Assembly (NCBI GenBank): GCA_948806215.1
Contig: CAQIDI010000001.1
Span: forward strand, 9,115-73,114
Direction of reading: 5' to 3'
Source of the DNA: an uncultured Eubacteriales bacterium
GTDB lineage: Bacteria > Bacillota > Clostridia > Christensenellales > UBA1242
DNA length: 64,000 nucleotides
In this document: positions 37,766 to 46,530 of the stretch, piece after piece
Layout of the letters: each line of letters begins with the position of its first letter
Numbering within the stretch: the stretch's first letter is position 1
Translations under genes and position numbers: made by a program
The notes under the pieces: generated by a model
Seen by the model: only the letters and a program-made list of their open reading frames with translations
What the model was told of the DNA's origin: nothing
Databases searched by the model: none

Positions 37766-38818
37766 ATGAAAGAAAAAGATTATTTTAAGCAGCGTGACGA
37801 AGAAAATATCTTTAAAATTAGAGAGTTATTATTGGAGCTCCCTAGTTTTTGTGGACAATTTTTTATTGGTATTCAAAACCAAACAACACCTTTAACTCGT
37901 TTAGGATATGCAAGGGACTTAAAAATATTCTTTGATTTTTTAGTAACAAATACACAAGAATTTTATGGAATTTTAGTAAAGGATTTTTCATTTGAGCAAT
38001 TAAATCAAATAACTTCCACACATATTGAGATGTTTTTAGATTATTTAACTGTTTATAAAATTGATGGAAAAACTTACAGAAATGGGTTAAAAGGCAAAGG
38101 AAGAAAGCTATCTAGTGTTAGAGCTTTGTTAAAATACTTTTTTAAAAAAGAAAAGATTGATTCTAATGTTGGTAGCAAAGTTGATACTCCTAAATATCAC
38201 GAAAGCGAAATTATAAGGCTTGAAATTGATGAAATGGTTAAAATGCTTAATGTTTCTGAAAATGGAAGTTCAAATCTAACTAAAATGCAACAATCTTTTC
38301 AAAAGCATACTAGTGTTAGAGACTTTGCAATGATTTCTTTGTTTTTAGGCACAGGAATTCGTATTTCTGAGTGTGTTGGTTTAAATGTTGAAGATGTTGA
38401 TTTCGATAATAATGCATTTACAGTAACCAGAAAAGGCGGAAGCAGAGTTATTTTATATTTTAACGATGAAGTTAAAGATGCGTTAATAAAATGGATGGAA
38501 TATAGGTCGAATATTAAAGAACTGCCTAAAGAAGAACGCGCATTATTTGTTAGTTTGCAAAATAAACGAATTGGAGTTAGAGCTGTTGAAAAGTTAGTAA
38601 AGAAATATGCTGGTTGCGTAACTCCCCTTAAACATATAACTCCGCATAAATTGCGTAGCACTTATGGCACTAATTTATATAGAGAAACAAACGATATTTA
38701 TGTTGTTGCCGCTGTTTTAGGCCACAAAGATGTTAACACAACAAGAAAACATTACGCTGCAATTTCTGAAGATATTAGGCGTGAAGCAGCAACCAAAGTA
38801 AAACTTAGAAGCGAATAA
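37766..38818 (+). CDS. Tyrosine recombinase, XerC/XerD family (long form, 350 aa)
   Basis: SAM-like N-terminal domain and catalytic domain with R (GTGIRISE), HKLRSTYGT, LGHKDVNTTRKHY (H-x-x-R ... Y). Confidence 0.8.
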   Translation: MKEKDYFKQRDEENIFKIRELLLELPSFCGQFFIGIQNQTTPLTRLGYARDLKIFFDFLVTNTQEFYGILVKDFSFEQLNQITSTHIEMFLDYLTVYKIDGKTYRNGLKGKGRKLSSVRALLKYFFKKEKIDSNVGSKVDTPKYHESEIIRLEIDEMVKMLNVSENGSSNLTKMQQSFQKHTSVRDFAMISLFLGTGIRISECVGLNVEDVDFDNNAFTVTRKGGSRVILYFNDEVKDALIKWMEYRSNIKELPKEERALFVSLQNKRIGVRAVEKLVKKYAGCVTPLKHITPHKLRSTYGTNLYRETNDIYVVAAVLGHKDVNTTRKHYAAISEDIRREAATKVKLRSE

Positions 38819-38848
38819 GATGTGAGAAAACTTCTCATATCTTTTTTA
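38818..38848 (+). terminator. Rho-independent terminator
   Basis: gatgtgagaa / ttctcatatc stem followed by T6. Confidence 0.7.
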
Positions 38849-38880
38849 TTTTATATTAATTATATAAAATTATTTTTTTA

Positions 38881-38892
38881 GAACAAATGTTT
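38881..38892 (+). promoter_or_regulatory. LexA (Cheo-type) box upstream of lexA
   Basis: GAACAAATGTTT versus Firmicute consensus GAAC-N4-GTTC (one core mismatch), overlapping the -35 TTGACA. Confidence 0.6.
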
Positions 38893-38919
38893 GACAATGG
38901 TTTTTAAATATGATAACAT
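38891..38919 (+). promoter_or_regulatory. Putative lexA promoter
   Basis: TTGACA, 17-nt spacer, TGaTAACAT extended -10, about 30 nt upstream of the start. Confidence 0.5.
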
Positions 38920-38949
38920 ATTGTCAAGAATTAATTTAGAGGTGTACTA

Positions 38950-39549
38950 ATGAAAAAATTTAGTAAAGAAGAAGAACTTTTAGCCTTTATTAAAAATCAT
39001 CAAGAAGAATTTGGATATCCTCCAACTATTAGAGAAATGTGCAGAGCCATTAAAGTTAGTTCAACTAGCACAATTTCCTATTATTTAAACAAATTGGAAA
39101 CAAGCGGATTAATTAAAAAAAGTCCTAACAAAAATCGTGCATTAGAAATAGTTGGTGAAACTTTTAATTTTTCTGATTATGTTAAAATTCCTATTGTTGG
39201 TAAAATAACAGCTGGTGAACCAATTTTAGCGGTTGAAAACACCGAAGAATATTTTATTGCCTCCCCTAGTTTGTTTCGTGGTGATGGCTTATTTATTTTA
39301 ACAGTTAGTGGCGAAAGTATGATAAACGCTGGCATTTTTAATGGTGATAAAATTGTTGTAAGGCAACAATCCACTGCGCAAAATGGCGAAATTGTTGCTG
39401 CCTTAATTGATGGCTTAGCAACTGTTAAAAGATTTTATAAAGAAGAAAATCGTTATAGACTACAACCAGAAAACGATACTATGGAACCAATTTATACCGA
39501 CCACGTTGAAATTTTAGGTAAAGTTGTTGGACTTATTAGAAAGTTTTAA
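38950..39549 (+). CDS. lexA: LexA repressor
   Basis: N-terminal wHTH (PPTIREMCRAIKVSSTSTISYYLNKLE), cleavage site region (VGKITAGEP), S24 Ser/Lys dyad (GESM ... VKRF). Confidence 0.95.
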   Translation: MKKFSKEEELLAFIKNHQEEFGYPPTIREMCRAIKVSSTSTISYYLNKLETSGLIKKSPNKNRALEIVGETFNFSDYVKIPIVGKITAGEPILAVENTEEYFIASPSLFRGDGLFILTVSGESMINAGIFNGDKIVVRQQSTAQNGEIVAALIDGLATVKRFYKEENRYRLQPENDTMEPIYTDHVEILGKVVGLIRKF

Positions 39550-39550
39550 T

Positions 39551-39584
39551 AAAAAAATAAGTGAAATTATCACTTATTTTTTTA
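39551..39584. terminator. Bidirectional terminator (lexA / miaA)
   Basis: ataagtga / tcacttat stem flanked by A7 and T7. Confidence 0.8.
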
Positions 39585-40497
39585 TTTCGTTTAAACAATA
39601 TTTTATAACATCTTCTTGGGAACTTAAGCTTAAGTTAAACCAAACAGCATTTTGAATGCGTTTAAACCAAGTTATTTGTCTTTTAGCATAACGCCTTGTT
39701 GATTGCTTTATTAATTCGGTTGCTTCGGTTAAAGACAATTTGTTTTCTAAATATAAAACAATTTCTTTATAGCCAATTCCTTGCATACATTGATTATTTG
39801 AATTTATGCCTAATTTTAATAAATCTTTAACTTCGTTAATAAGCCCGTTTTCTAGCATTATATTAACACGTTTATTAATTCTTTCATATAATTCATCTCT
39901 ATTCCAGTTTAAAGCTATAATAAGCGGATTTAAAGGGCTTTTAGAGTTAGTTTGCATAGTACTTATTTCCGACTTTTTTATGCCCGTTGTATCAAATATT
40001 TCAATTGCCCTTATAACGCGTTTTAAATCGTTACTATGAATTTTTTCGGCACTTACTGGGTCAATTTTTTTTAAAATATTGTAAACATATTCGTTACCAT
40101 AATCTAAAGCTAATTTATTATATTTTTCTCTTATTTCAATGTTCTTAGTTGATTTTCCATAAGAGTAATTGTTTAATAAACTTTCAATATAGAATCCAGT
40201 TCCGCCAACAATAATTGGTACTTTTTTGTTATTAATTAAATTTTTAATTATTGGCAGTGCAAGTTCTCTATATTGCTCTACACTAAATTCTTTGTTGGGT
40301 TCAACAAAATCTAACAAGTTATGTTTAATACCATCTTGTTCTGATTTTGATGGTTTTGCAGTTCCAATGTTTAAATTTTTATAAATTTGCATACTATCGG
40401 CATTTATAATTTCGGTGTTTAATAACTTTGCTAATTTTATGCTAATACTAGTTTTTCCAGATGCTGTTGGCCCTAAAATAATAATTGAATCAAACAT
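39574..40497 (-). CDS. miaA: tRNA dimethylallyltransferase
   Basis: IIILGPTASGKT P-loop; GGTGFY motif; mutS-mutL-miaA order. Confidence 0.9.
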   Translation of the reverse strand: MFDSIIILGPTASGKTSISIKLAKLLNTEIINADSMQIYKNLNIGTAKPSKSEQDGIKHNLLDFVEPNKEFSVEQYRELALPIIKNLINNKKVPIIVGGTGFYIESLLNNYSYGKSTKNIEIREKYNKLALDYGNEYVYNILKKIDPVSAEKIHSNDLKRVIRAIEIFDTTGIKKSEISTMQTNSKSPLNPLIIALNWNRDELYERINKRVNIMLENGLINEVKDLLKLGINSNNQCMQGIGYKEIVLYLENKLSLTEATELIKQSTRRYAKRQITWFKRIQNAVWFNLSLSSQEDVIKYCLNEIKK

Positions 40498-40499
40498 TA

Positions 40500-42422
40500 T
40501 TAAACAATCCTTTTAAACCATTTTTCAATTTCTTTTTCGGTTATTTCAATAATAACTGGTCTGCCGTGTGGGCACAATAAAATTTGGTTTTCGTTATTTA
40601 ATAATTTTAATAAGTTTTCAATTTCGCTTAAAGATAAAATATCGTTTGCTTTAACAGCACTTCTGCAAGCTTTTTTCTCTAAATATTCTTTTAAAATATC
40701 GGCTTTGTTATAGTTAACTATGCTATCTAAATCCTTTAAAACAGTGTTAAAGAAATCGCAAAGCGAAATTTCTTTTAATAAAACAGGAACTGTTGAAACT
40801 TTAAAACTATTAATTCCAAAAGCTTCTATTTCGAAACCTAAATCGCTAAGCACAGCTAAGTTATCGTTTATAAATTGCATTTCTAAATGATTTGTTTCAA
40901 ACACATAAGGAACAAGCAAACTTTGAACTGCTAGTTTTTCGTTTAAAAAACTTTCTTTAAACTTATCATATAACAACCGCTCGTGTCCTGCGTGTTGATC
41001 TATAAAATATAAACTATTATTATTTTCAACAATAATATAAGTATTAAAGCAAGTTCCAATAATTTTTGTTTTTGTTAAATCAACTTTTTGTTCTTCATTA
41101 AAAATTGAACTTTGTGAAAACACGTGATTTTGACTTGCAAGTTTTGTCATTAAAGTTGTGTTAAACTCGCTGTTTTTAACCATATAATCGCTAGAATCGT
41201 TAGTTAAATAAGTGTGAAGATTTTCTTGTAATTCTCTATCGGAATCGCTTAGCAATTCCACTTCTTTAACAAATTGGCTGTTATCATCAATAGTTGCAAC
41301 TTTAACATTTTCTAAGTTGTTTGGTTTAGATTCGAATTGATGACCTTCTAGTGGGCTAATTTTTTGTAAGTTATCTAAATTAATATTAGAATTGCTAGTA
41401 ACTTCTTCGGTTTTATACTCTCTTATTTTTGAACTTAATTTTTGTAATTCTTCAGAAATAGGATTATAAAATGCACCGTAAATTAAATTATTATTTTCAA
41501 ACTTAACATCTAATTTGTTTGGGTGCACATTAACATCCACTTTATCTAGTGGTAACGAAACGTGCAAAACAAAAAATGGAAAAGCATTTTTCATTAAATA
41601 AGGTTCGTAGGCACTATAAATTGCTGTTGAAATTGTTTTGTTAATAATATATCTTCCGTTAATTAAAATGGTTTGATAAGTTCTGTTTGCTTTAACAAAC
41701 GATGGCTTACCAATATAACCAGAAACTTTAATTAAATTTTGATATGTGTAATCAACTGGTAAAATGTTTTCGATTGTGTTTGTGCCATATATTGTATAAA
41801 TTGCTTCTTTTAAACCATTGCCAGTTGAATGATATATTGTTTTTCCGTCGGCAACATACTTAAAAATTATTTCTGGATTGGCAAGAATAAGCCTTGAAAC
41901 AAGGTTTGTTATTTCGCTTTCTTCGGTTTTAGGTTTTCTTAAAAATTTTGCTCTGGCAGGAATGCAATAAAATAAATCTTCAACTGTAATTTGAGTTCCA
42001 TCGGTGCAACCAACAAAAGTAATATTTTCAACTTCTCCACCCGATAAAGTTATTTTTGTTCCTTCTTCAGCACCTTTAATTTTACTAAGCGCTGTAACTT
42101 TTGCAACCGATGCTATGCTACTAAGTGCTTCCCCTCTAAAACCCAAAGTTCCAATTTTATCAAGGTCGTCAAGTGTTGATATTTTGCTAGTAGCGTGTGG
42201 CAAAAAAGCTTTTGGAAGGTTTTCTTTATCCATACCAATTCCGTTATCGGTTACTTTAATTTTTTTAATGCCACCCATTTCAACTTCGATTGTTATGTTT
42301 GTGGCTTTAGCATCAATACTATTTTCAACAAGTTCTTTAACAACACTGGCAGGTTTTTCAACAACTTCGCCAGCGGCAATTCTATTAAATATTGATTTAT
42401 CAAGAATGTTAATATTTGCCAT
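40500..42422 (-). CDS. mutL: DNA mismatch repair protein MutL
   Basis: GHKL N-terminus (IAAGEVVEKPASVVKELVENSIDA, DNGIGM, GFRGEAL); C-terminal endonuclease region (DQHAGHERLLY). Confidence 0.95.
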   Translation of the reverse strand: MANINILDKSIFNRIAAGEVVEKPASVVKELVENSIDAKATNITIEVEMGGIKKIKVTDNGIGMDKENLPKAFLPHATSKISTLDDLDKIGTLGFRGEALSSIASVAKVTALSKIKGAEEGTKITLSGGEVENITFVGCTDGTQITVEDLFYCIPARAKFLRKPKTEESEITNLVSRLILANPEIIFKYVADGKTIYHSTGNGLKEAIYTIYGTNTIENILPVDYTYQNLIKVSGYIGKPSFVKANRTYQTILINGRYIINKTISTAIYSAYEPYLMKNAFPFFVLHVSLPLDKVDVNVHPNKLDVKFENNNLIYGAFYNPISEELQKLSSKIREYKTEEVTSNSNINLDNLQKISPLEGHQFESKPNNLENVKVATIDDNSQFVKEVELLSDSDRELQENLHTYLTNDSSDYMVKNSEFNTTLMTKLASQNHVFSQSSIFNEEQKVDLTKTKIIGTCFNTYIIVENNNSLYFIDQHAGHERLLYDKFKESFLNEKLAVQSLLVPYVFETNHLEMQFINDNLAVLSDLGFEIEAFGINSFKVSTVPVLLKEISLCDFFNTVLKDLDSIVNYNKADILKEYLEKKACRSAVKANDILSLSEIENLLKLLNNENQILLCPHGRPVIIEITEKEIEKWFKRIV

Positions 42423-42425
42423 TTG

Positions 42426-45008
42426 TTACTCCTTTTTTAATTTATCGGTTAGTTGTAAAATAATATCAAAAGCATTAAGTGGGGTTAAATTATCAACATT
42501 AATATCGCTTAAAATAGAAATAACTTCTTGTGATACTTTTGATTTTTTTATGGTTGCCGACATATCGTTAATTTGAGTTAAGGAAGAATTTTTGTTAATA
42601 TCGTTTTCTTCTAGAGTGTGTAAAATTTCTTTAGCTCTAACAATAACATCTTTAGGAAGTCCTGCAAGTTTTGCAACTTCGATACCAAAGCTTTTGTTTG
42701 CTCCGCCCCTAACAATTTTTCTTAGGAAAATAATTGTATCGTTAAATTCTTTAACATTAATTCTGTAGTTTTTAACTCCGTCTAATATGCCTTCTAAATC
42801 GGTTAATTCGTGGTAGTGAGTTGCAAACAAGGTTTTTGCTTTTAAAGTTTTGCTTAGATATTCCATAACACTCCAAGCAATGCTCAATCCATCGAATGTG
42901 CTAGTTCCACGACCAACTTCATCTAAAACAATTAAACTATTGTTTGTTGCTTGTTTTAATATGTTACTAACTTCGCTCATTTCCACCATAAAGGTGCTTT
43001 GTCCAAAGGCTAAATCGTCACTTGCTCCAACACGAGTAAATATTTTATCTGTTAAAGAAATGTTAGCTTTATCGGCAGGAACAAAACTTCCAATATGTGC
43101 CATTAATGTTATTAATGCAACTTGGCGCATATATGTGCTTTTACCAGCCATATTTGGTCCAGTAATAATCATTGTTCTATTATCGGCACTATCTAAAAGT
43201 GTGTCGTTTGGAACAAAATCTTCTTCTTTTAATAATGCTTCAACAACCGGATGACGACCATTTATTATTTCGATTTTATTAATATCTTTTGATAATGTTG
43301 GTTTGCAATAATTTTTTTCGCAAGCAACTTTTGCAAGCGATAATAAAGCATCAAGCACTGCAATTTGTCTGGCTGTTTTTTGCATAGCAGTAACATTTTC
43401 TAAAAGCACTTGTCTTATTTCTTGAAATAATTTGTTTTCTAACGCTATTTTTTGATCTTCTGCGTGCAAAATTTTGTTTTCCATTTCTTTTAGTTCTTCG
43501 GTAATATAGCGTTCTGCATTTGCAATGGTTTGTTTGCGTTGGTATCTAAACGGAACAAGATTGATTTGGCTTTTTGGAACTTCGATAAAATATCCAAAAA
43601 CACTGTTATAACCAATTTTTAAGTTTTTAATTCCGGTTTCTTCTTTTTCGGTTGCTTCTAAGGTTGCTAACCACGATTTTCCAACAGTTGAAATATTGCT
43701 AATTTCATCTAATTCTTTTGAATAGCCTTTTTTAATATATCCGCCATCTTTTAATAAATATGGTGGATTTTCTATTATTGCCGAATCTAGCATTGAGTAT
43801 ATTTGAGAATAATCAAAAATATCTTTAGTAATATTTTTTATAATTGTGCTTTTAAGTAAACTTATATTTTCTTTAATTTTTGGTAACACACCTAAAGAAT
43901 TTTTAAGTGCAACACAATCCTTTGGTGTTAGGTTTCCATAACTAACCTTTCCGCATAAACGTTCAATATCATAAACGCTGTTTAAAAGTGTATTTAAGTT
44001 ATCTCGAACAATAATATTTTTAACAAGTTCTTCAACGCCATTAAGTCTGTTATTAATTTGTTTATCATCGTATAATGGTTGCTCAACAAACGATCTTAGT
44101 GTGCGTGCCCCCATACTGGTTTGCGTTTTATCAAGTAACCATAGTAGCGAGCCGCGCTTTTTTCGGTCTTTAATTGTTTCGGTAAGTTCTAAATTTCGGC
44201 GTGTGTTACTATCTATTGCCATATATTCAGTGTCGTTAACATAAACGCAAGTGTTAATGTGATTTAGGCTACGCTTTTGTGTTTCGATTAAATAGTTAAT
44301 AAGAGCACCAGCACTAATAATAGCTAACTCTTTATCGGAAAAGCCAATAATTGCTTTTGCACCCATTTGATTAATTAACGATTTATGATTTGTATCAAAA
44401 TTAAAACTACTATCTTCTTTTACAGAAAAGCTAGGAATTATTTGTAGCTTTGATGCCAGTAAGTTGTTTGATAGTTCATACATATCTAAATTGCAAATAA
44501 TTTCGCTAGGTCTAACCCTTACTAAAATATCGTTAAATTTTGGTAAATCTTCTTCGGTTAAATATATTTCGCCAGTAGAAATATCTGTGTAAGAAACACC
44601 TACTATTCCGTTTTTATAGTAAGCACACATAATATAGTTATTTTTCTTATCGTCTAACAAATTACTATCGATTAATGTTCCAGGGGTAACAACTCTTAAA
44701 ACTTCTCGTTCAACAAGTTTAACACCCTTTTTAGGCTCGGTTATTTGTTCGCAAATTGCAACTTTAAAACCTTGCTCAATTAAGCGTTGCAAATATCCAT
44801 CAAGTGCGTGATATGGTATGCCACACATTGGTGCACGCTCCTCTAAGCCACAGTCTTTACCAGTTAGTGTTAAATCTAATGCTTTACTTGCTGTTATTGC
44901 ATCTTCAAAAAACATCTCATAAAAATCGCCTAAACGATAAAGTAATATTGCATCTTTATATTGTTCTTTTGTTAGAACATATTGTTGCATCATTGGTGAT
45001 AATGCCAT
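42426..45008 (-). CDS. mutS: DNA mismatch repair protein MutS
   Basis: TPMMQQY...GDFYE N-terminus, Walker A GPNMAGKST, DEVGRGTST, ATHYHEL. Confidence 0.95.
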   Translation of the reverse strand: MALSPMMQQYVLTKEQYKDAILLYRLGDFYEMFFEDAITASKALDLTLTGKDCGLEERAPMCGIPYHALDGYLQRLIEQGFKVAICEQITEPKKGVKLVEREVLRVVTPGTLIDSNLLDDKKNNYIMCAYYKNGIVGVSYTDISTGEIYLTEEDLPKFNDILVRVRPSEIICNLDMYELSNNLLASKLQIIPSFSVKEDSSFNFDTNHKSLINQMGAKAIIGFSDKELAIISAGALINYLIETQKRSLNHINTCVYVNDTEYMAIDSNTRRNLELTETIKDRKKRGSLLWLLDKTQTSMGARTLRSFVEQPLYDDKQINNRLNGVEELVKNIIVRDNLNTLLNSVYDIERLCGKVSYGNLTPKDCVALKNSLGVLPKIKENISLLKSTIIKNITKDIFDYSQIYSMLDSAIIENPPYLLKDGGYIKKGYSKELDEISNISTVGKSWLATLEATEKEETGIKNLKIGYNSVFGYFIEVPKSQINLVPFRYQRKQTIANAERYITEELKEMENKILHAEDQKIALENKLFQEIRQVLLENVTAMQKTARQIAVLDALLSLAKVACEKNYCKPTLSKDINKIEIINGRHPVVEALLKEEDFVPNDTLLDSADNRTMIITGPNMAGKSTYMRQVALITLMAHIGSFVPADKANISLTDKIFTRVGASDDLAFGQSTFMVEMSEVSNILKQATNNSLIVLDEVGRGTSTFDGLSIAWSVMEYLSKTLKAKTLFATHYHELTDLEGILDGVKNYRINVKEFNDTIIFLRKIVRGGANKSFGIEVAKLAGLPKDVIVRAKEILHTLEENDINKNSSLTQINDMSATIKKSKVSQEVISILSDINVDNLTPLNAFDIILQLTDKLKKE

Positions 45009-45025
45009 TGTTTTCTCCTTTGAAA

Positions 45026-46339
45026 TTATTTAACTAACGAACAAATTAGTTTGTTTCTATCAATGCTGTTTACTCTAACATTAACAAAACTTGGAATTTT
45101 AATGTTTTCGCTAGTTTGCAAAATAACATTTTTTCCATTATCTAGTGTGGCTAAATATTCGTTTTCGGTTTTAGATTCAACCAAGGCTTCGTTAACAGTT
45201 CCAACCAATGCTAAATTTTGTTCTTTTATTATTTGTTTGCTTAGTTTTAGCAACCTATTAACACGGTCGTGCTTAATTTCGTCACTAACCTGCCCATCCA
45301 TTTTTTCGGCAATTGTGCCAGTGCGTTTAGAGTAAATAAAGCCAAACACTCCACCATAGTTAACTTCTTTAACTAGGTTGTAAGTTGCCATAAAATCTTC
45401 TTCGGTTTCGGTTGGAAATCCAACTATAATATCGGTGGAGATAAAATAGTTTGGAACTTGTTGTTTTATTTTTTTAATTAATTCTAGGTAATGTTCAACT
45501 GTGTAGTTACGATTCATTAATTTTAAAATTCGGTTGCTACCCGATTGCACAGGCAAATGAATAACTTTACTCATTTTTGGCTCGGTTGCAATAACATTAA
45601 TTACTTCGTCGGTTAAATCCTTAGGGTGCGATGTCATAAACTTAATTTTAAAATCGCCTTTTAAAGAACAAAGTGTTCTTAATAGTTTTGCAAAGTTAGT
45701 TTCATCGCTAAAATCGTTGCCATAACTATTAACATTTTGACCAAGCAAGGTTATGGTTTTGTAGCCCTCGTTAACTAAAGTTTTAACTTCGGCTGTTATA
45801 TCTTCTATTGTTCGGCTTCTTTCCCTGCCACGAACATAAGGAACAATGCAATAGGTGCAAAAGTTGTTGCAACCATACATAATGTTTACCCAAGCATTGT
45901 TGTTACTTGTGCGATACATTTCTACATTTTCGTTTATTTCAACTTCTTTTTCCCAAATATCATAAATATTTTTTTTGCTTTTTTCAAAGTTTAAAATATA
46001 TTCTTTAAAATTGTGCAAGTTGTGAGTTCCAAAAACAATGTTAACGTGCTTATATTTTTCTTGAAAAAGTTCTTTTCTTCCGTTTTCTTGAGCCATACAA
46101 CCACAAACTGCGATAATTAAGTTAGGGTTTTGTTTTTTTAATTTTTTAACTGCTCCAATATTACCTAAAACTTTTTGCTCGGCACTATCACGAATACAAC
46201 AGGTGTTAAAAACAATAATGTCGGCTTGTTCGGCATTATTTGTTTCGTTATATCCTAAGCTTTTTAGCATTCCTGCTAGTTTTTCACTCTCGTGAACATT
46301 CATTTGACATCCATAGGTTTTTATTAGATAGTGCTTCAT
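45026..46339 (-). CDS. miaB: tRNA-i6A37 methylthiotransferase
   Basis: UPF0004 domain (YGCQMNVHESE), radical-SAM CNNFCTYC, C-terminal TRAM. Confidence 0.9.
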   Translation of the reverse strand: MKHYLIKTYGCQMNVHESEKLAGMLKSLGYNETNNAEQADIIVFNTCCIRDSAEQKVLGNIGAVKKLKKQNPNLIIAVCGCMAQENGRKELFQEKYKHVNIVFGTHNLHNFKEYILNFEKSKKNIYDIWEKEVEINENVEMYRTSNNNAWVNIMYGCNNFCTYCIVPYVRGRERSRTIEDITAEVKTLVNEGYKTITLLGQNVNSYGNDFSDETNFAKLLRTLCSLKGDFKIKFMTSHPKDLTDEVINVIATEPKMSKVIHLPVQSGSNRILKLMNRNYTVEHYLELIKKIKQQVPNYFISTDIIVGFPTETEEDFMATYNLVKEVNYGGVFGFIYSKRTGTIAEKMDGQVSDEIKHDRVNRLLKLSKQIIKEQNLALVGTVNEALVESKTENEYLATLDNGKNVILQTSENIKIPSFVNVRVNSIDRNKLICSLVK

Positions 46340-46530
46340 TAATTTCTCCGTAAAAGTTAGTTATGTAAAAAATTAACTTTTTAAAAAGCTAATTTTATTA
46401 ATTAAATTTGCGTAATTATAAAACTAATCACATATTGATTATACTCTTTTATTAAATTTGTTTCAAGTTATTAAATAATTAAATAAATTTATACTAATAA
46501 TATAAATATAATATATTTATTTGGTGAGAT

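Noticed and set aside
39550-39574. No hfq after miaA, although mutS-mutL-miaA-hfq is a common order in Firmicutes
   Set aside because: Absence from this locus says nothing about absence from the genome. A bidirectional terminator and convergent lexA fully occupy the spot.
46344-46371. dif-like 28-mer TTCTCCGTAAA-AGTTAG-TTATGTAAAAA upstream of miaB
   Set aside because: The left arm matches B. subtilis dif at only 5/11 positions and coincides with the miaB RBS. The central region is not the usual AT-palindromic hexamer.
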